Shown here: one piece after another, positions 27,517-37,895 of the stretch
How the letters are laid out: the number at the start of each line of letters is the position of its first letter
Position numbering within the stretch: position 1 is the stretch's first letter
From: Candidatus Latescibacterota bacterium
GTDB taxonomy: Bacteria > Latescibacterota > UBA2968 > UBA8231
NCBI GenBank assembly: GCA_007571365.1
Contig: RKRN01000109.1
Span: 31,101 to 95,100, forward strand
Direction of reading: 5' to 3'
Length of the DNA stretch: 64,000 bases
Made by a program: the position numbers and the translations under genes
Notes under the pieces: generated by a model
What the model was told of the DNA's origin: nothing
What the model saw: only the letters and a program-made list of their open reading frames with translations
Database searches by the model: none

Positions 27517-28446
27517 ATGCTAGGCAGGGTCTTGTTCCTCTGCTGGATGTGCGCGGTGACCGTTGGCTGCGGCCCAGAACGTTCGCAAGGTCCTTTTGCA
27601 CGCGTCGGACAGGAAGTATGGCGCACCGTAAACAGAAGCCATCGGGGCGTCGATGGAATCTTGGTACAGGCGACCTTGCACACCTTCGCCTACGAAGTTG
27701 CCCACGCCTATGCGCGGGCTGAGCGCGAGGACTTGGGACAAGAGCAACTCGAATTCCGCATCAAGCAGCTACTCTACTCCTACGTTGATGGCACCTATCC
27801 GGCCGAAGACGGCACGGACATCAACAGCCTTTACTTTCAGTACCTTATCTACGTAAATCCGTCCTTTGATGTGCGCAATCCCTTGCACAAACGCGCCTTC
27901 GACATTTGGCGGGCCGAATATATACGCCGGGTCGTTGATGCCATCTACGACCCCAAGTTTCCCATTCTGCGCGACCGGTATGATGACCGTTGGGGCTTGA
28001 CGCTCTATAGTCGTTTGGTCTTTACTGTTTATCTGTCGAGCGGCGAGTCTCAGCTCGAGCCATATATCGCCGATATCGGTGCGCACACGTTCTTGGTCAA
28101 TCAGCGGGGCACGCGCTTTCAGCCCAGCGGGACGTTTGGCTCCTATCCGTACGAGAGCGACCGGCCCGAAGGCGAGGTGCTCGCCGGCAAGACCTACTAC
28201 CGAGTCTTTTTCCCCAATCGCAAGAGCGACGACAAGACGCCTATTGTCCGGCGCGACGACGACTATCTCGAGCTGCAGATCGAGAATTTGGGCGAGGTCC
28301 CATTGCGAACCCTGCGCTGGGAACTGCCGCTTGAGTATCCAGAAATGCCCGCGAGGCGCTTGCCGACAGAAGCCGAGGTGGCCGAGCGCAAGGCGGCCGA
28401 GCGAGCCGAGCGCGAGGCGCGGGCAGCAGCAGCGCGGACAAAGTAG
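27517..28446 (+). CDS. Hypothetical lipoprotein
   Basis: GGAGG RBS, lipobox VTVGC, coding-like composition. Confidence 0.7.
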   Translation: MLGRVLFLCWMCAVTVGCGPERSQGPFARVGQEVWRTVNRSHRGVDGILVQATLHTFAYEVAHAYARAEREDLGQEQLEFRIKQLLYSYVDGTYPAEDGTDINSLYFQYLIYVNPSFDVRNPLHKRAFDIWRAEYIRRVVDAIYDPKFPILRDRYDDRWGLTLYSRLVFTVYLSSGESQLEPYIADIGAHTFLVNQRGTRFQPSGTFGSYPYESDRPEGEVLAGKTYYRVFFPNRKSDDKTPIVRRDDDYLELQIENLGEVPLRTLRWELPLEYPEMPARRLPTEAEVAERKAAERAEREARAAAARTK

Positions 28447-28515
28447 CACCGTAGGTCTCGTTGGTGCTACTGGGAAGTCACTCTATATTTTTGCCTACCC
28501 AAACGAAAATTTTGC

Positions 28516-28614
28516 GGGAGCGGATGTGTGCCTGGTGGCTGCCGCGGACTTCAAATCCGTTGCGGCGTAGCGAGAGTTGCGCTGGGTGGGTTCGATTCCC
28601 ACACGTTCCCGCCA
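28516..28614 (+). tRNA. selC: tRNA-Sec(UCA)
   Basis: GGACTTCAAATCC anticodon arm, long variable arm, GGTTCGATTCC, acceptor GGGAGCG/CGTTCCC, GCCA end. Confidence 0.93.
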
Positions 28615-28649
28615 GATTCTAAATATGTAAATACAGCGAGAGACAAGCG

Positions 28650-31292
28650 ATGAAATGGACTTTGGCAGCGGTGTTGTTGATGGGGAGACTGGCGTGGGCG
28701 CAGGACACGGCGGTAGTGCCAAGTATATCCGGGACAATTCCGACGGAACGTCCAAGTGAGAACATCGCGCTAGGGGCGAGCTACACGATAGAGCCGAGCC
28801 CGAATTACGGGCTTTGCTCGGACCTTGGTGATTACGAGCAGCTGACGGATGGGGTCTATACGGAGGGCTATTTCTGGGCTCAGTTATCGACCGTGGGCTG
28901 GCAGGAAAAGACCCCTGCAATCCTGACGCTAGACTTGGGTACGGTGAAACCGATACGAGGAGTGTCGTTCCACACGGCGGCGGGTTTTGCGGACGTGAGG
29001 TGGCCACTGACGATCCGCATCCTCGTGGCGGGTGAAAACAGAGAATTCCATGAAATCGGGGACTTGGTGCAGTTGAGCGCAGAACAACACGGTCCGTTCG
29101 TACCGACGAAGGCGAGCGATGCCATGTGGGCCCAAGACGGCGCGAGTTTCAATGAAGCCGAGATACACCATTATTACGATCTCCACCGGGATCGCTACCC
29201 ACCGAAGCTCACCGCCGAAGTGCGTCAGCAGATCCTCCGCGACCTCGACGAAGAGCGCGCCGCTAAGTATGGGACCTATCGGTACTGGACGGACCGGTTG
29301 CGGACGCACGGCCGCTATGTCAGCCTAGTTGTGTGGAACGAGCCGTATACGTTCGTGGACGAGATTGAGGTCTACGCGGGAGAGCCGGAGTGGGTGGATG
29401 AGCCGCTGCCGGGGCCGGCCATTGCAAACGTGAAGGAGTATGTGCGTCGTATCGCCATCCAGAAAGGAATTCGGACGCGCCTTGTGCGGGACATCCAGGC
29501 CCTGAAAGAAGCGGCGGAAGAAGAGGGTGTCCCGGTGCAGACGCAGGGCGATGTGCTAGGCGAGCTGGCGTCTGTGGAAGGGGAGTTGGGGCTGGCCACC
29601 GCGTTCGGGGATGACTTCCAAGCCGTGCTGCCGCTGAATCCGTGGCACGAACGGGTGTTGCGTACGCAGGCGTGGCTCTGGCGCGCCAGAGGATTTGAAC
29701 CGCTCACGTTCTGGTGCTCGAATCTATGGGATCCGCTGCCGCTCATCGGCACGCCGGACGAGACGGCGGAATTGGCCGTTGAGGTGCATCTGATGCGCCG
29801 GGAATACCGGGCAGCGGCGTTCAATGTGAGCAACAGCAGTGACGAGCCGACGCAGGTTCTGTTCCGCTTGAGCGGGCTGCCCGGCGGCGACAATCCGGGG
29901 TATGTGACCGTTCACGAGGTGGCTTGGACGGACACGCGGTCCGGGGTGCCGGTGGCGGCGGCCCTGCCAGAAGTTGTTGCCGAGAACGGTCTGTATGCGG
30001 TGACCGTGCCCTCGGGCATGACGCGGCAGGTGTGGCTGACCTTCCAGCCGACGGACGTGGAGCCGGGCACCTACGAGGGCGAAGTCGTCGTGGAGTCCGC
30101 GTCCGGGGCTAGGAAATTTCCGTTGTGCATGTACCTATATCCCTTGGATTTCCCGGAGCAGCAGTCGCTACATCTGGGCGGATGGGACTATACGGATCGG
30201 GTCGGTCATTTTCGCTTTGTGACAGAGCAGAACCGGTTGGTGCTCATTGAGCACCTGCGCGAACACTTCGTCGATTCGCCGTGGGGCCTCAAACTGGTGC
30301 TGCCGCGGGGCACGCACAATGCACAGGGGGTAATGACGGCACCACCCGCCACCGACTACTTCGATGCGTGGATCGAATTGTGGCCGGATGCAGCCCAGTA
30401 CCTCGTGTTCGCGAAAGTGGGCAGTCATTTCGAGTCGTGGCCCATGGACACGCCAGAATTTACGACCGCGGTGAAGGCATGGGTGACTTTCTGGGCGGAG
30501 CATATGGTGGCGAAGGGGTTGAAGCCGGAGCAGTTCGCGCTACTGCTGGTGGATGAGCCTGACGAGCCGTGGATGGACGAGCGCATTCTGGCGTGGGCGA
30601 AGGCGATCCGCGAAGCAGACACGGGCGTCCGTATCTGGGAGGATACGAATCACCGGGACATGGACGACGCGAATCAGGAGATGATTGACGCGTGCCACGT
30701 GTTGTGCCCGAACTATTCGGCCTTCTTGAGACAGGGTGAGGACTATCGCGGCTACTATCTGAAGAAGCGAGATCAGGGGATCGGATTGGAATTCTACACG
30801 GCGTGGACGGGCCGGGTCTTCGATCCGTATGCCGGCCGCCTCATGGCGTGGACGAGCTGGCGTTATGGAGCGACGGCCATTTACATGTGGTCGCTGACCG
30901 ACACGGGTGGAGCGTCATCGTGGAACGAGTATCTCACCATCAAGGATGCGTATTCGCCGCTGTTTATCGACGAGGACTCGGTGACGGCCGGGAAACACCT
31001 CGAGGCAGCTCGGGAAGGGGTGCAGGACTACGAGTACTTCGCCATGTTGGACCGGGCGATCCGGAAGGCGTCTGCCCAAGGGAGGACGGGCCCGAAGGTA
31101 GAAGAGGCCCGTCGGTTGCTGGAGAACCTGCCGGCGAGTGTCTGTGATGCGGCGGGCCACGGGGGCGGGATTGACTCCGACCAGCTCTTGGGCGGCTTTC
31201 ACTGGTTGAACGAGAAAGTGGACCGCACGCTGGCGGACGAGGCGCGGATCCAGGTGTTGGCGGTGTTGACGGAGTTGGCCGATCACGAGTGA
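28650..31292 (+). CDS. Secreted protein: discoidin (F5/8C)-like domain plus GH123/DUF4091-like glycoside hydrolase region
   Basis: Signal peptide; NIALG...LTDG...LDLG...GRYV...DEIEVY; VDEP motif; REGVQDYEY. Confidence 0.7.
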   Translation: MKWTLAAVLLMGRLAWAQDTAVVPSISGTIPTERPSENIALGASYTIEPSPNYGLCSDLGDYEQLTDGVYTEGYFWAQLSTVGWQEKTPAILTLDLGTVKPIRGVSFHTAAGFADVRWPLTIRILVAGENREFHEIGDLVQLSAEQHGPFVPTKASDAMWAQDGASFNEAEIHHYYDLHRDRYPPKLTAEVRQQILRDLDEERAAKYGTYRYWTDRLRTHGRYVSLVVWNEPYTFVDEIEVYAGEPEWVDEPLPGPAIANVKEYVRRIAIQKGIRTRLVRDIQALKEAAEEEGVPVQTQGDVLGELASVEGELGLATAFGDDFQAVLPLNPWHERVLRTQAWLWRARGFEPLTFWCSNLWDPLPLIGTPDETAELAVEVHLMRREYRAAAFNVSNSSDEPTQVLFRLSGLPGGDNPGYVTVHEVAWTDTRSGVPVAAALPEVVAENGLYAVTVPSGMTRQVWLTFQPTDVEPGTYEGEVVVESASGARKFPLCMYLYPLDFPEQQSLHLGGWDYTDRVGHFRFVTEQNRLVLIEHLREHFVDSPWGLKLVLPRGTHNAQGVMTAPPATDYFDAWIELWPDAAQYLVFAKVGSHFESWPMDTPEFTTAVKAWVTFWAEHMVAKGLKPEQFALLLVDEPDEPWMDERILAWAKAIREADTGVRIWEDTNHRDMDDANQEMIDACHVLCPNYSAFLRQGEDYRGYYLKKRDQGIGLEFYTAWTGRVFDPYAGRLMAWTSWRYGATAIYMWSLTDTGGASSWNEYLTIKDAYSPLFIDEDSVTAGKHLEAAREGVQDYEYFAMLDRAIRKASAQGRTGPKVEEARRLLENLPASVCDAAGHGGGIDSDQLLGGFHWLNEKVDRTLADEARIQVLAVLTELADHE

Positions 31293-32404
31293 AGCCTGCC
31301 GACCCTGTCATAGGTCGATCTACGGGGGAACAATTGATCAAGCAAACATGCGGAATCGCAGCGGCCGTGCTGCTGAGTATCTCACCGTCTCAGGCCCTAC
31401 AGCGAACCGACACGGAATTCAAGATCTTCCAGTTCCCCGCCAACATGATTCCCCGCATTGACGGCCAGACCGACGACTGGACGATGGTACCCGACAGCTA
31501 CGCATACGGAACCGACCAGCTTTCCGACACGGTCATGGGGAACTTCACCAACTACGACCGCGAAGACTTGGACGTCACCGTGCGCGTCGGTTGGGTCAAG
31601 GGCCTGAACCGGCTCTATTTCCTCTACGAGGCGTACGACGACTATTGGAATATGTACTACAAATACGGTGACTTGTTCGAGATCGCCATTGACGCGGACC
31701 GGTCCGGCGGGCCGAACATTGCCAATCCCCAGATTGACGATCCATGGGAAAGCCACTTCCTGTTCAAGGGCGTACATGCCCAGAACTACCATATCTTCAC
31801 ACCGTCCGGGGAAGGACGGGATTGGGTGTTCGTCTGGGGGTGTCAGCCGTGGATCGGCAGGTTGCCGTACGCCAATCACGCGTACTCGTACGATTTCGAG
31901 GAAGGGGAAAGCGGCAAGCTCGTGCTGGAGTTCTGGATCACGCCCTTCGACTACGCTCCGTACGATGGCCCGGAGCGGGCAGCCGTGTCAAAGCTGGAGG
32001 AGAATAGTTTGATCGCCCTGTCTTGGGCGGTCCTTGATTTCGACGAGGACCACACGGAATACGAGGGGTTTTGGAACCTTTCCCACGAGACGCGCATGGA
32101 CAGCGACGCCTCGAACCTGTGCGCATTCCGATTGATGCCGCTGGAACCGGAATACCTCAAGCCGCTTGAGGCGGAATACTCCTTTACGGTGGTCAATATG
32201 GATCGCCGCCTGGTCGCCTTCACGGATCGGTCCCGCGGAGCGATCACGTCGTGGTCGTGGGACTTCGGCGATGGCAGATCGTCCACCGAACAGCACCCGA
32301 TTCACCAGTACGAGGAACCGGGCGAGTTCGTGGTTACGCTGGATGTCGAGGGACCGCAGGGAAAGGCCCGGCGCGTCAAAGTAAACCAAGTGATGGTAAA
32401 GTGA
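31289..32404 (+). CDS. Secreted CBM9/DOMON-like protein with C-terminal PKD domain
   Basis: IDGQTDDW; FTDRS...SWSWDFGDG...P.HQY..PGEF.V.L (PKD). Confidence 0.8.
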   Translation: MKPADPVIGRSTGEQLIKQTCGIAAAVLLSISPSQALQRTDTEFKIFQFPANMIPRIDGQTDDWTMVPDSYAYGTDQLSDTVMGNFTNYDREDLDVTVRVGWVKGLNRLYFLYEAYDDYWNMYYKYGDLFEIAIDADRSGGPNIANPQIDDPWESHFLFKGVHAQNYHIFTPSGEGRDWVFVWGCQPWIGRLPYANHAYSYDFEEGESGKLVLEFWITPFDYAPYDGPERAAVSKLEENSLIALSWAVLDFDEDHTEYEGFWNLSHETRMDSDASNLCAFRLMPLEPEYLKPLEAEYSFTVVNMDRRLVAFTDRSRGAITSWSWDFGDGRSSTEQHPIHQYEEPGEFVVTLDVEGPQGKARRVKVNQVMVK

Positions 32405-32573
32405 AGGGCGCGGATCACCCCCGCATGCTCAGGTCTCGCTACCGTCAATTGGCAGAGCACTAGTGGGCCAACCAGTTTAATTTGAAGGGTCGGGGTTTTT
32501 GTCGTATCCTTGCACGGCTTGGTTCAGCCAGCCGCGCCTAGCATTCACAATCCGCCGGGTGCTTGGCATTTCA

Positions 32574-34568
32574 ATGGTAGCAGCTTCCGCCAAATTTTTC
32601 TGCCAGATGACGACGGGAATGTTCCTGCTTGTCTTAATTGCCCTCGTTTTCAATGTGCACGACGCTTCGGGCGTGATCGTCTATCGCATCGGTACGCCCT
32701 TTTCCAAGGCGGAAAAGGATAGCCTAGAGGGGATCGGCATCGACTTCAGGGAGTTCGACTGGTCGGAAAACTCGCAGTTGGAGGATGCCCTCGATCCAGA
32801 CTCGCTACAAGTGGGCGTACTGCAGCCCAATTTCTTCGCAGAAAACGAGGATATCGCCGCAACGCTGTTGAGCAGAGACGGCTGGGTGGCAGTGCAGCGG
32901 GAAGCTGGTAGGAGCAACTTCGACCAGACGATCGGAAACCTGCTGGTCGATCAGGATCCGAGTACGGCGCACACATGGAAGGCCATAGATCAAGCGACCC
33001 TCGACTTTCGCGCCGCCTGTTGTAACGACCCGGGTGCATCGTTGAGAGTGCATTTCGATCTAGGGGGACGGTTCCTCATCCGGGAGGTGAGACTGCGGCC
33101 TCTGGCGGACAGGTCGGATCACTTCTTGGAGCAATTCGTCATCGGTGTCAGCGACGAGAGATATGGTGTAGTTGGACACGTCCCGAATCTCCCAACTGTC
33201 GTGGAGGTAGAGGGCAATACTGAACCCGAAGTCAGCGTGATGCTCGATCGACCCGTGACGACCAACTTTGTGCAGTTGCGGATCCTGCGGCAAACGCCCA
33301 AGGAGATCGGGCTGGCCGCTTTCGAGTTGTACGGGGGGGGGTATGTGAGGAAGGCCTCCTATGAATCCGACATCATCGAATTGGACGACATCGCCAGTCT
33401 AGGCGAGATCCGCTGGTCGGGACGGCAGGATCCTCACGCCCAGGTCGCGATTCGCACCCGGGCCGGTACCGACCCGCAGCCGGTCATTTTCTGGGAGACC
33501 CGCCCCGAGCAGCAGGACATCGTCAGGTTTCTCCAAGGGGGCGGCGATCTGAGTATGACGGAGTACAAGCACCAGTACGACAAACTGGCTGATTTCCTCA
33601 AGCCGGAAGACGAGCAGGACCGGGTGCGTCCCGACACGGAGCACTGGAGCTTCTATTCGAGTCCGTATGCGTTCGGGCATCCCGGGGTCCCCATTGCATC
33701 CCCCGGTCCGCGGAAGTTTGTCCAGATCCGAGTGGATTTTGCCTCTACCACCGTCAAAGAGGGGGGCAAGATCGACTATATAGAGTTCAAGGCGTCGGTC
33801 CCGCCGTCGGTTCGCCGCTTGGTAGGGGAGATTCACCCGACCGAGACCGAAGTGGGCGAAGCGACGCAATTTACGTATTACATCAGTCCGACGATCCGGT
33901 CCATCGACAGCAGTTTTGACGGGGTGGAGATCGCGACACCTTCAGGGGTAGTGTCGGTTGATTTGCTGCGCATAGCCGGCATCGATCAGGAGGATTTCTC
34001 GTGGACTATCCACGAAGACGGTCTGGGGTTTGAGGTTCTGCTCCCGCGCCGGTTGGAGTCGACGGACAGCGGTGCGCTAGTAGAGGTGGTGTTCACCGCT
34101 CCGGTGCTGAGAGAAGTGGGCACCCTGTTTGCAGGCAGGGTGTTCGACACGACTAGGCCGCATGAGGTGCGGCAGCGGGTCGTGCCGGGCAATGCTACCA
34201 ATGAGATCGAAGGCGATCGTTTGTCGGTGAGCACGGCTCTGAGCGAATCGCTGGTATTTTCGCCGCGGATCTCGCCGAATCCGTTCACGCCGAACGGCGA
34301 TGGGGTGAATGAAGTGGTGAACATATCGTACAAGCTGCTGCGGTTGATCTCAGCGGTGCCGGTGTCGCTCGAGATCTACGACCTGTCGGGCCGGTTGGTG
34401 AGGCGGGTGTATGAAGGGGAGGATCCGGTGGGTGAGTACCGCCACGTGTGGAATGGCCGGGATGACTCGAACGGGCTGGTGCCGCCGGGGCTGTATCTGT
34501 ACCGACTGGCGGTGGACGTGCAGCTAGAGAAGGAAACCCGCAGCGGCGTCGTTGCGGTGGCCTATTGA
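32574..34568 (+). CDS. Secreted protein with discoidin-like domain and FlgD-Ig/T9SS type-B-like C-terminal domain
   Basis: PNPFTPNGDGVNE...IYDLSGRLVR...WNGRD..NGLVPPGLY; start uncertain (32499-32619). Confidence 0.8.
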   Translation: MVAASAKFFCQMTTGMFLLVLIALVFNVHDASGVIVYRIGTPFSKAEKDSLEGIGIDFREFDWSENSQLEDALDPDSLQVGVLQPNFFAENEDIAATLLSRDGWVAVQREAGRSNFDQTIGNLLVDQDPSTAHTWKAIDQATLDFRAACCNDPGASLRVHFDLGGRFLIREVRLRPLADRSDHFLEQFVIGVSDERYGVVGHVPNLPTVVEVEGNTEPEVSVMLDRPVTTNFVQLRILRQTPKEIGLAAFELYGGGYVRKASYESDIIELDDIASLGEIRWSGRQDPHAQVAIRTRAGTDPQPVIFWETRPEQQDIVRFLQGGGDLSMTEYKHQYDKLADFLKPEDEQDRVRPDTEHWSFYSSPYAFGHPGVPIASPGPRKFVQIRVDFASTTVKEGGKIDYIEFKASVPPSVRRLVGEIHPTETEVGEATQFTYYISPTIRSIDSSFDGVEIATPSGVVSVDLLRIAGIDQEDFSWTIHEDGLGFEVLLPRRLESTDSGALVEVVFTAPVLREVGTLFAGRVFDTTRPHEVRQRVVPGNATNEIEGDRLSVSTALSESLVFSPRISPNPFTPNGDGVNEVVNISYKLLRLISAVPVSLEIYDLSGRLVRRVYEGEDPVGEYRHVWNGRDDSNGLVPPGLYLYRLAVDVQLEKETRSGVVAVAY

Positions 34569-36138
34569 CAGTCGTTTTTTCAGCATGACCAGTGCTAAGT
34601 TGCGTCGCCAATGCTGGTGCTGGCGACGGACAGCGCGCGGTGTCGTCGGCTGCGCGGCATTCGCCGTCTGCTTCTTGGTATGCCCCCAGACGCTTCTCAG
34701 CCAGGAGTCCGACGGACTCTTGGCCCGACAGAGTGAACACCACTACAGACTCGGTCTGCGCCATGTGCAGAGCGGTGACTTCCAGAGTGCCGAGCGGGAA
34801 TACAGGAAAGCGATCGCGATGGACTCGACCGACATCCGCCCGCGCGACGGCCTCGGTTTCATCTATGCTCTGCAGAACAGATTTCGAGAGGCAGAGGTAG
34901 AATTCGAGAGAGTACTGGAGATCGACCCCGACTACGCGCCGTCTCTCTACAAGCTGGGAAAGATCTTCCTGATCCGCCAAGATCGCGAAAAAGCGAAGGA
35001 TGCCTACGAAAGAGTGATCGCATCCGAGCCGACATACTTCCCTGCTCATCACGGGCTCGGCATGATCTACTCGCAGGAGGGAGAACCGACAGAGGCGGCG
35101 GAGCACTTCAAGACGGTGCTCCGGCTCAAGCCCGACTACGGCCCCTCTCGCTATCGACTTGGAGCCATCTATCTTCGAGAACAGAAATACGCTAAAGCGA
35201 TAGCAGAACTGCAGCGGGCTGCAAAGCTGGACGAGAATGAACCGTCGATCCACTACGTCTTGGGAAATGCGTACATGGCCATCGGCAGATTGAGCGAAGC
35301 GGCAGACTCATTTGCCGCAACCCTGCGGCTCGACCCCCGTCGTGCAGATGCACACGACAAGCTGGGGCTGGTCTACACCGAACAGTCACACGTGCCCTTG
35401 GGAGCGACAATGGCAGACCAGGACAAACTCGCGGCCGCCGTGGAGGAACACCGCAAGGCGGTTGCGCTGGCCCCCGACAACGGCTGGTTCCAGCACAACC
35501 TCGGCATGGCCTATGAGCGGCAGCGCAAGTACGAAAAAGCCGCGGCGCAGTACGGAAAGACCCTGACGGTGGATCCCGACCTTGGGTACACGCGCTATCG
35601 CCTCGGTATGATTTACTCCAGAAACAGGAAATACGAAGGGGCTATCGACCAGTACAGGCAGGCAATTGAGCGCGAGCCGGACAACACTCTCTTCCACTAC
35701 GCCCTAGGATCTGTGTACGACCGGACCGGAAGGGCCGAAGAGGCGATTGCGGAGTATGATAGGGCCATCGCGCTCGACTACTTCAACACAGAAGCGCATT
35801 TCGGTCTTGCCAATGCCTATTTCAAGCAAGGGAATCGCGCAGAGGGCGAGAGGGCGATGCAGATATTCCGGAAGCAGCGCGAAGGCAACATCGCCGAACT
35901 CGAACGCCGCGTCGTCCTAGTCCCCGACAATCCGCAGTTTCACTTCGAGCTCGCTGTGCAGTACTCCAGACAGGGACGGGACATCAGCGCCATCAGTGAG
36001 TACAAGCTCGCCATTGCTCTCGACCCGGCCAATGCCGAATACCATCGCCGTCTCGGCGACGCCTATCTGAAAACGGGCAGGTACCACGAAGCGGATGAGC
36101 AGTTCGAGATCGCTCGCCGTCTGGAGCCGGGACCATGA
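34552..36138 (+). CDS. Exported TPR protein
   Basis: About 12 regular TPR repeats; signal-like segment; start uncertain. Confidence 0.88.
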   Translation: MRWPIDSRFFSMTSAKLRRQCWCWRRTARGVVGCAAFAVCFLVCPQTLLSQESDGLLARQSEHHYRLGLRHVQSGDFQSAEREYRKAIAMDSTDIRPRDGLGFIYALQNRFREAEVEFERVLEIDPDYAPSLYKLGKIFLIRQDREKAKDAYERVIASEPTYFPAHHGLGMIYSQEGEPTEAAEHFKTVLRLKPDYGPSRYRLGAIYLREQKYAKAIAELQRAAKLDENEPSIHYVLGNAYMAIGRLSEAADSFAATLRLDPRRADAHDKLGLVYTEQSHVPLGATMADQDKLAAAVEEHRKAVALAPDNGWFQHNLGMAYERQRKYEKAAAQYGKTLTVDPDLGYTRYRLGMIYSRNRKYEGAIDQYRQAIEREPDNTLFHYALGSVYDRTGRAEEAIAEYDRAIALDYFNTEAHFGLANAYFKQGNRAEGERAMQIFRKQREGNIAELERRVVLVPDNPQFHFELAVQYSRQGRDISAISEYKLAIALDPANAEYHRRLGDAYLKTGRYHEADEQFEIARRLEPGP

Positions 36139-37862
36139 GCCGACACCGGATGGCTCGCCGATCTCGCCTCTACACCGCCGGGCTCTATTTTCTAATCTCG
36201 ATTTCCCCCTGTGGCCGCTCGCAGGCCGACGACGGGCTCGCGCTCGGTGCCCGCGTGCAGTTTGTCGATGTCGCGGCAGAGGTTGGCGTCTCCTTGATGA
36301 ACGTCTCCGGTGATGGCGAACAGCAGTACGTGGTTGATGCCTTCATAGGGGGGTCGGCCTTCTTCGACTACGATCGAGACGGGGACCTGGATCTGTACGT
36401 GCTGAACGGGTCGAGAGTGGGCGGCTTTCCCGGCCGGGATCGTCCGCGCAATGCCCTCTACCGCAACGAGGGCGCGACGTTTTCAAACCCCACAGAAGAA
36501 TCGGGCCTCGGGGACACCGGTTGGGGAATGGGCTGCGCCGTCGCCGATTACGACAACGACGGGGATGGAGACCTCTACGTGACCAACTACGGCAGCAATG
36601 CGCTGTACGAAAATCGGGGAGATGGAGCCTTTGCCGACGTCGCGCAGCGTGCCGGAGTCTTAGGAGATGAGGCATTCAGCACCGGATGTGCTTTCTTCGA
36701 CTACGACCGCGATGGCGATCTCGACCTGTACGTGGCGAACTACGTCGATTTCGATCACTTCATGGAAACCACTCCCGACAGGAGACACGAGTGGCGGGGG
36801 TTGACCGTCCATTTCGGACCGCATGGGATGCGGGGGGAGGGGGACGTATTCTACCGCAACGAAGGCGAGGGCGTCTTTTCCGATGCGACTGCCGTAGCCG
36901 GTCTTGTGGATCGCGACCTGCTGTACGGACTCGGTGTCGTGGCGGGAGACTACGACAATGACGGCGATTCGGATATTTACGTGGCCAACGATACGGGGCC
37001 CAACTATCTCTACGAAAACAGGGGCGACGGGACCTTTACCGACGTGGCCTGGATGAAGGGTGCGGCATACGGCGAGGGCGGCCAGTCACAGGGATGCATG
37101 GGTATCGCCTTCGGGGACTACGACAACGACGCGTATCTGGACATACTGGTCACCAACTTCTGGGAAGAGACGAACACCCTGTATCACAACGACGAAGGGC
37201 GGTTTTTCTCGGATCTCACTTTCGATGCGGGAGTGGGGTTGGCCAGCTTCCAGTTCCTCGCCTGGGGCACCGAGTTCTTCGATTACGACAACGACGGCGA
37301 CAAGGATCTCTTCGTCGCCAACGGCCATGTCTATCCGCAGGTCGACAGGGCAAACTTGGGAGTTAGCTATGCCCAGACAAATCAGCTATTCGAGAATATG
37401 GGGGATGGGACCTTTGCCGAAGTGTCCCTGATCTCGGGCGCGGGACTGCAGATCGAGAAGGTAAGCAGGGGTGCTTCTTTCGGGGATTACGATGGGGATG
37501 GCGACCTCGACATATTCGTTCTGGAGCTCAACGATCTCCCGACGCTGCTGCGCAACGACGGGGGCGATAGCAACAACTATCTGATAGTCCAGACGGAAGG
37601 CACAAAGAGCAACAGGGACGGCATAGGCACTCGGGTAAAACTCCGCTGCGGGGACGTGACTCAAGTGGGTGAGGTGCGGAGTGGCTCGAGCTATCTATCG
37701 CAGAACGACTCGAGGGTCCACTTCGGCTTGGGCGAGTGCATTACTGTAGCCCGGCTGGAGGTATTCTGGCCGAGCGGTCTAGTTGAGTGCTTTGAAGGTC
37801 TGGCCTCCAACAGGGTTCTGGTGATTCGCGAGGGAAGCGGAATCGTTCAGTCGAGCCAGTGA
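36135..37862 (+). CDS. CRTAC1/ASPIC-UnbV family FG-GAP repeat protein
   Basis: Repeated DYDNDGDxDLYV; C-terminal NRDGIG...SYLSQ...HFGLG...V.WPSG. Confidence 0.93.
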   Translation: MSRHRMARRSRLYTAGLYFLISISPCGRSQADDGLALGARVQFVDVAAEVGVSLMNVSGDGEQQYVVDAFIGGSAFFDYDRDGDLDLYVLNGSRVGGFPGRDRPRNALYRNEGATFSNPTEESGLGDTGWGMGCAVADYDNDGDGDLYVTNYGSNALYENRGDGAFADVAQRAGVLGDEAFSTGCAFFDYDRDGDLDLYVANYVDFDHFMETTPDRRHEWRGLTVHFGPHGMRGEGDVFYRNEGEGVFSDATAVAGLVDRDLLYGLGVVAGDYDNDGDSDIYVANDTGPNYLYENRGDGTFTDVAWMKGAAYGEGGQSQGCMGIAFGDYDNDAYLDILVTNFWEETNTLYHNDEGRFFSDLTFDAGVGLASFQFLAWGTEFFDYDNDGDKDLFVANGHVYPQVDRANLGVSYAQTNQLFENMGDGTFAEVSLISGAGLQIEKVSRGASFGDYDGDGDLDIFVLELNDLPTLLRNDGGDSNNYLIVQTEGTKSNRDGIGTRVKLRCGDVTQVGEVRSGSSYLSQNDSRVHFGLGECITVARLEVFWPSGLVECFEGLASNRVLVIREGSGIVQSSQ

Positions 37863-37895
37863 CGCGGGGGCAGACGGGCATTGGGTGCTAGGAGC

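Noticed and set aside
28495-29007. 170-aa minus-strand ORF containing WRERVGIEPT
   Set aside because: Typical antisense translation of a tRNA gene and the neighbouring CDS
36135-37862. Recurring GACTACGACAACGACGG-like DNA repeats suggesting an array
   Set aside because: They encode FG-GAP DYDNDGD motifs; irregular spacing and degenerate, not CRISPR
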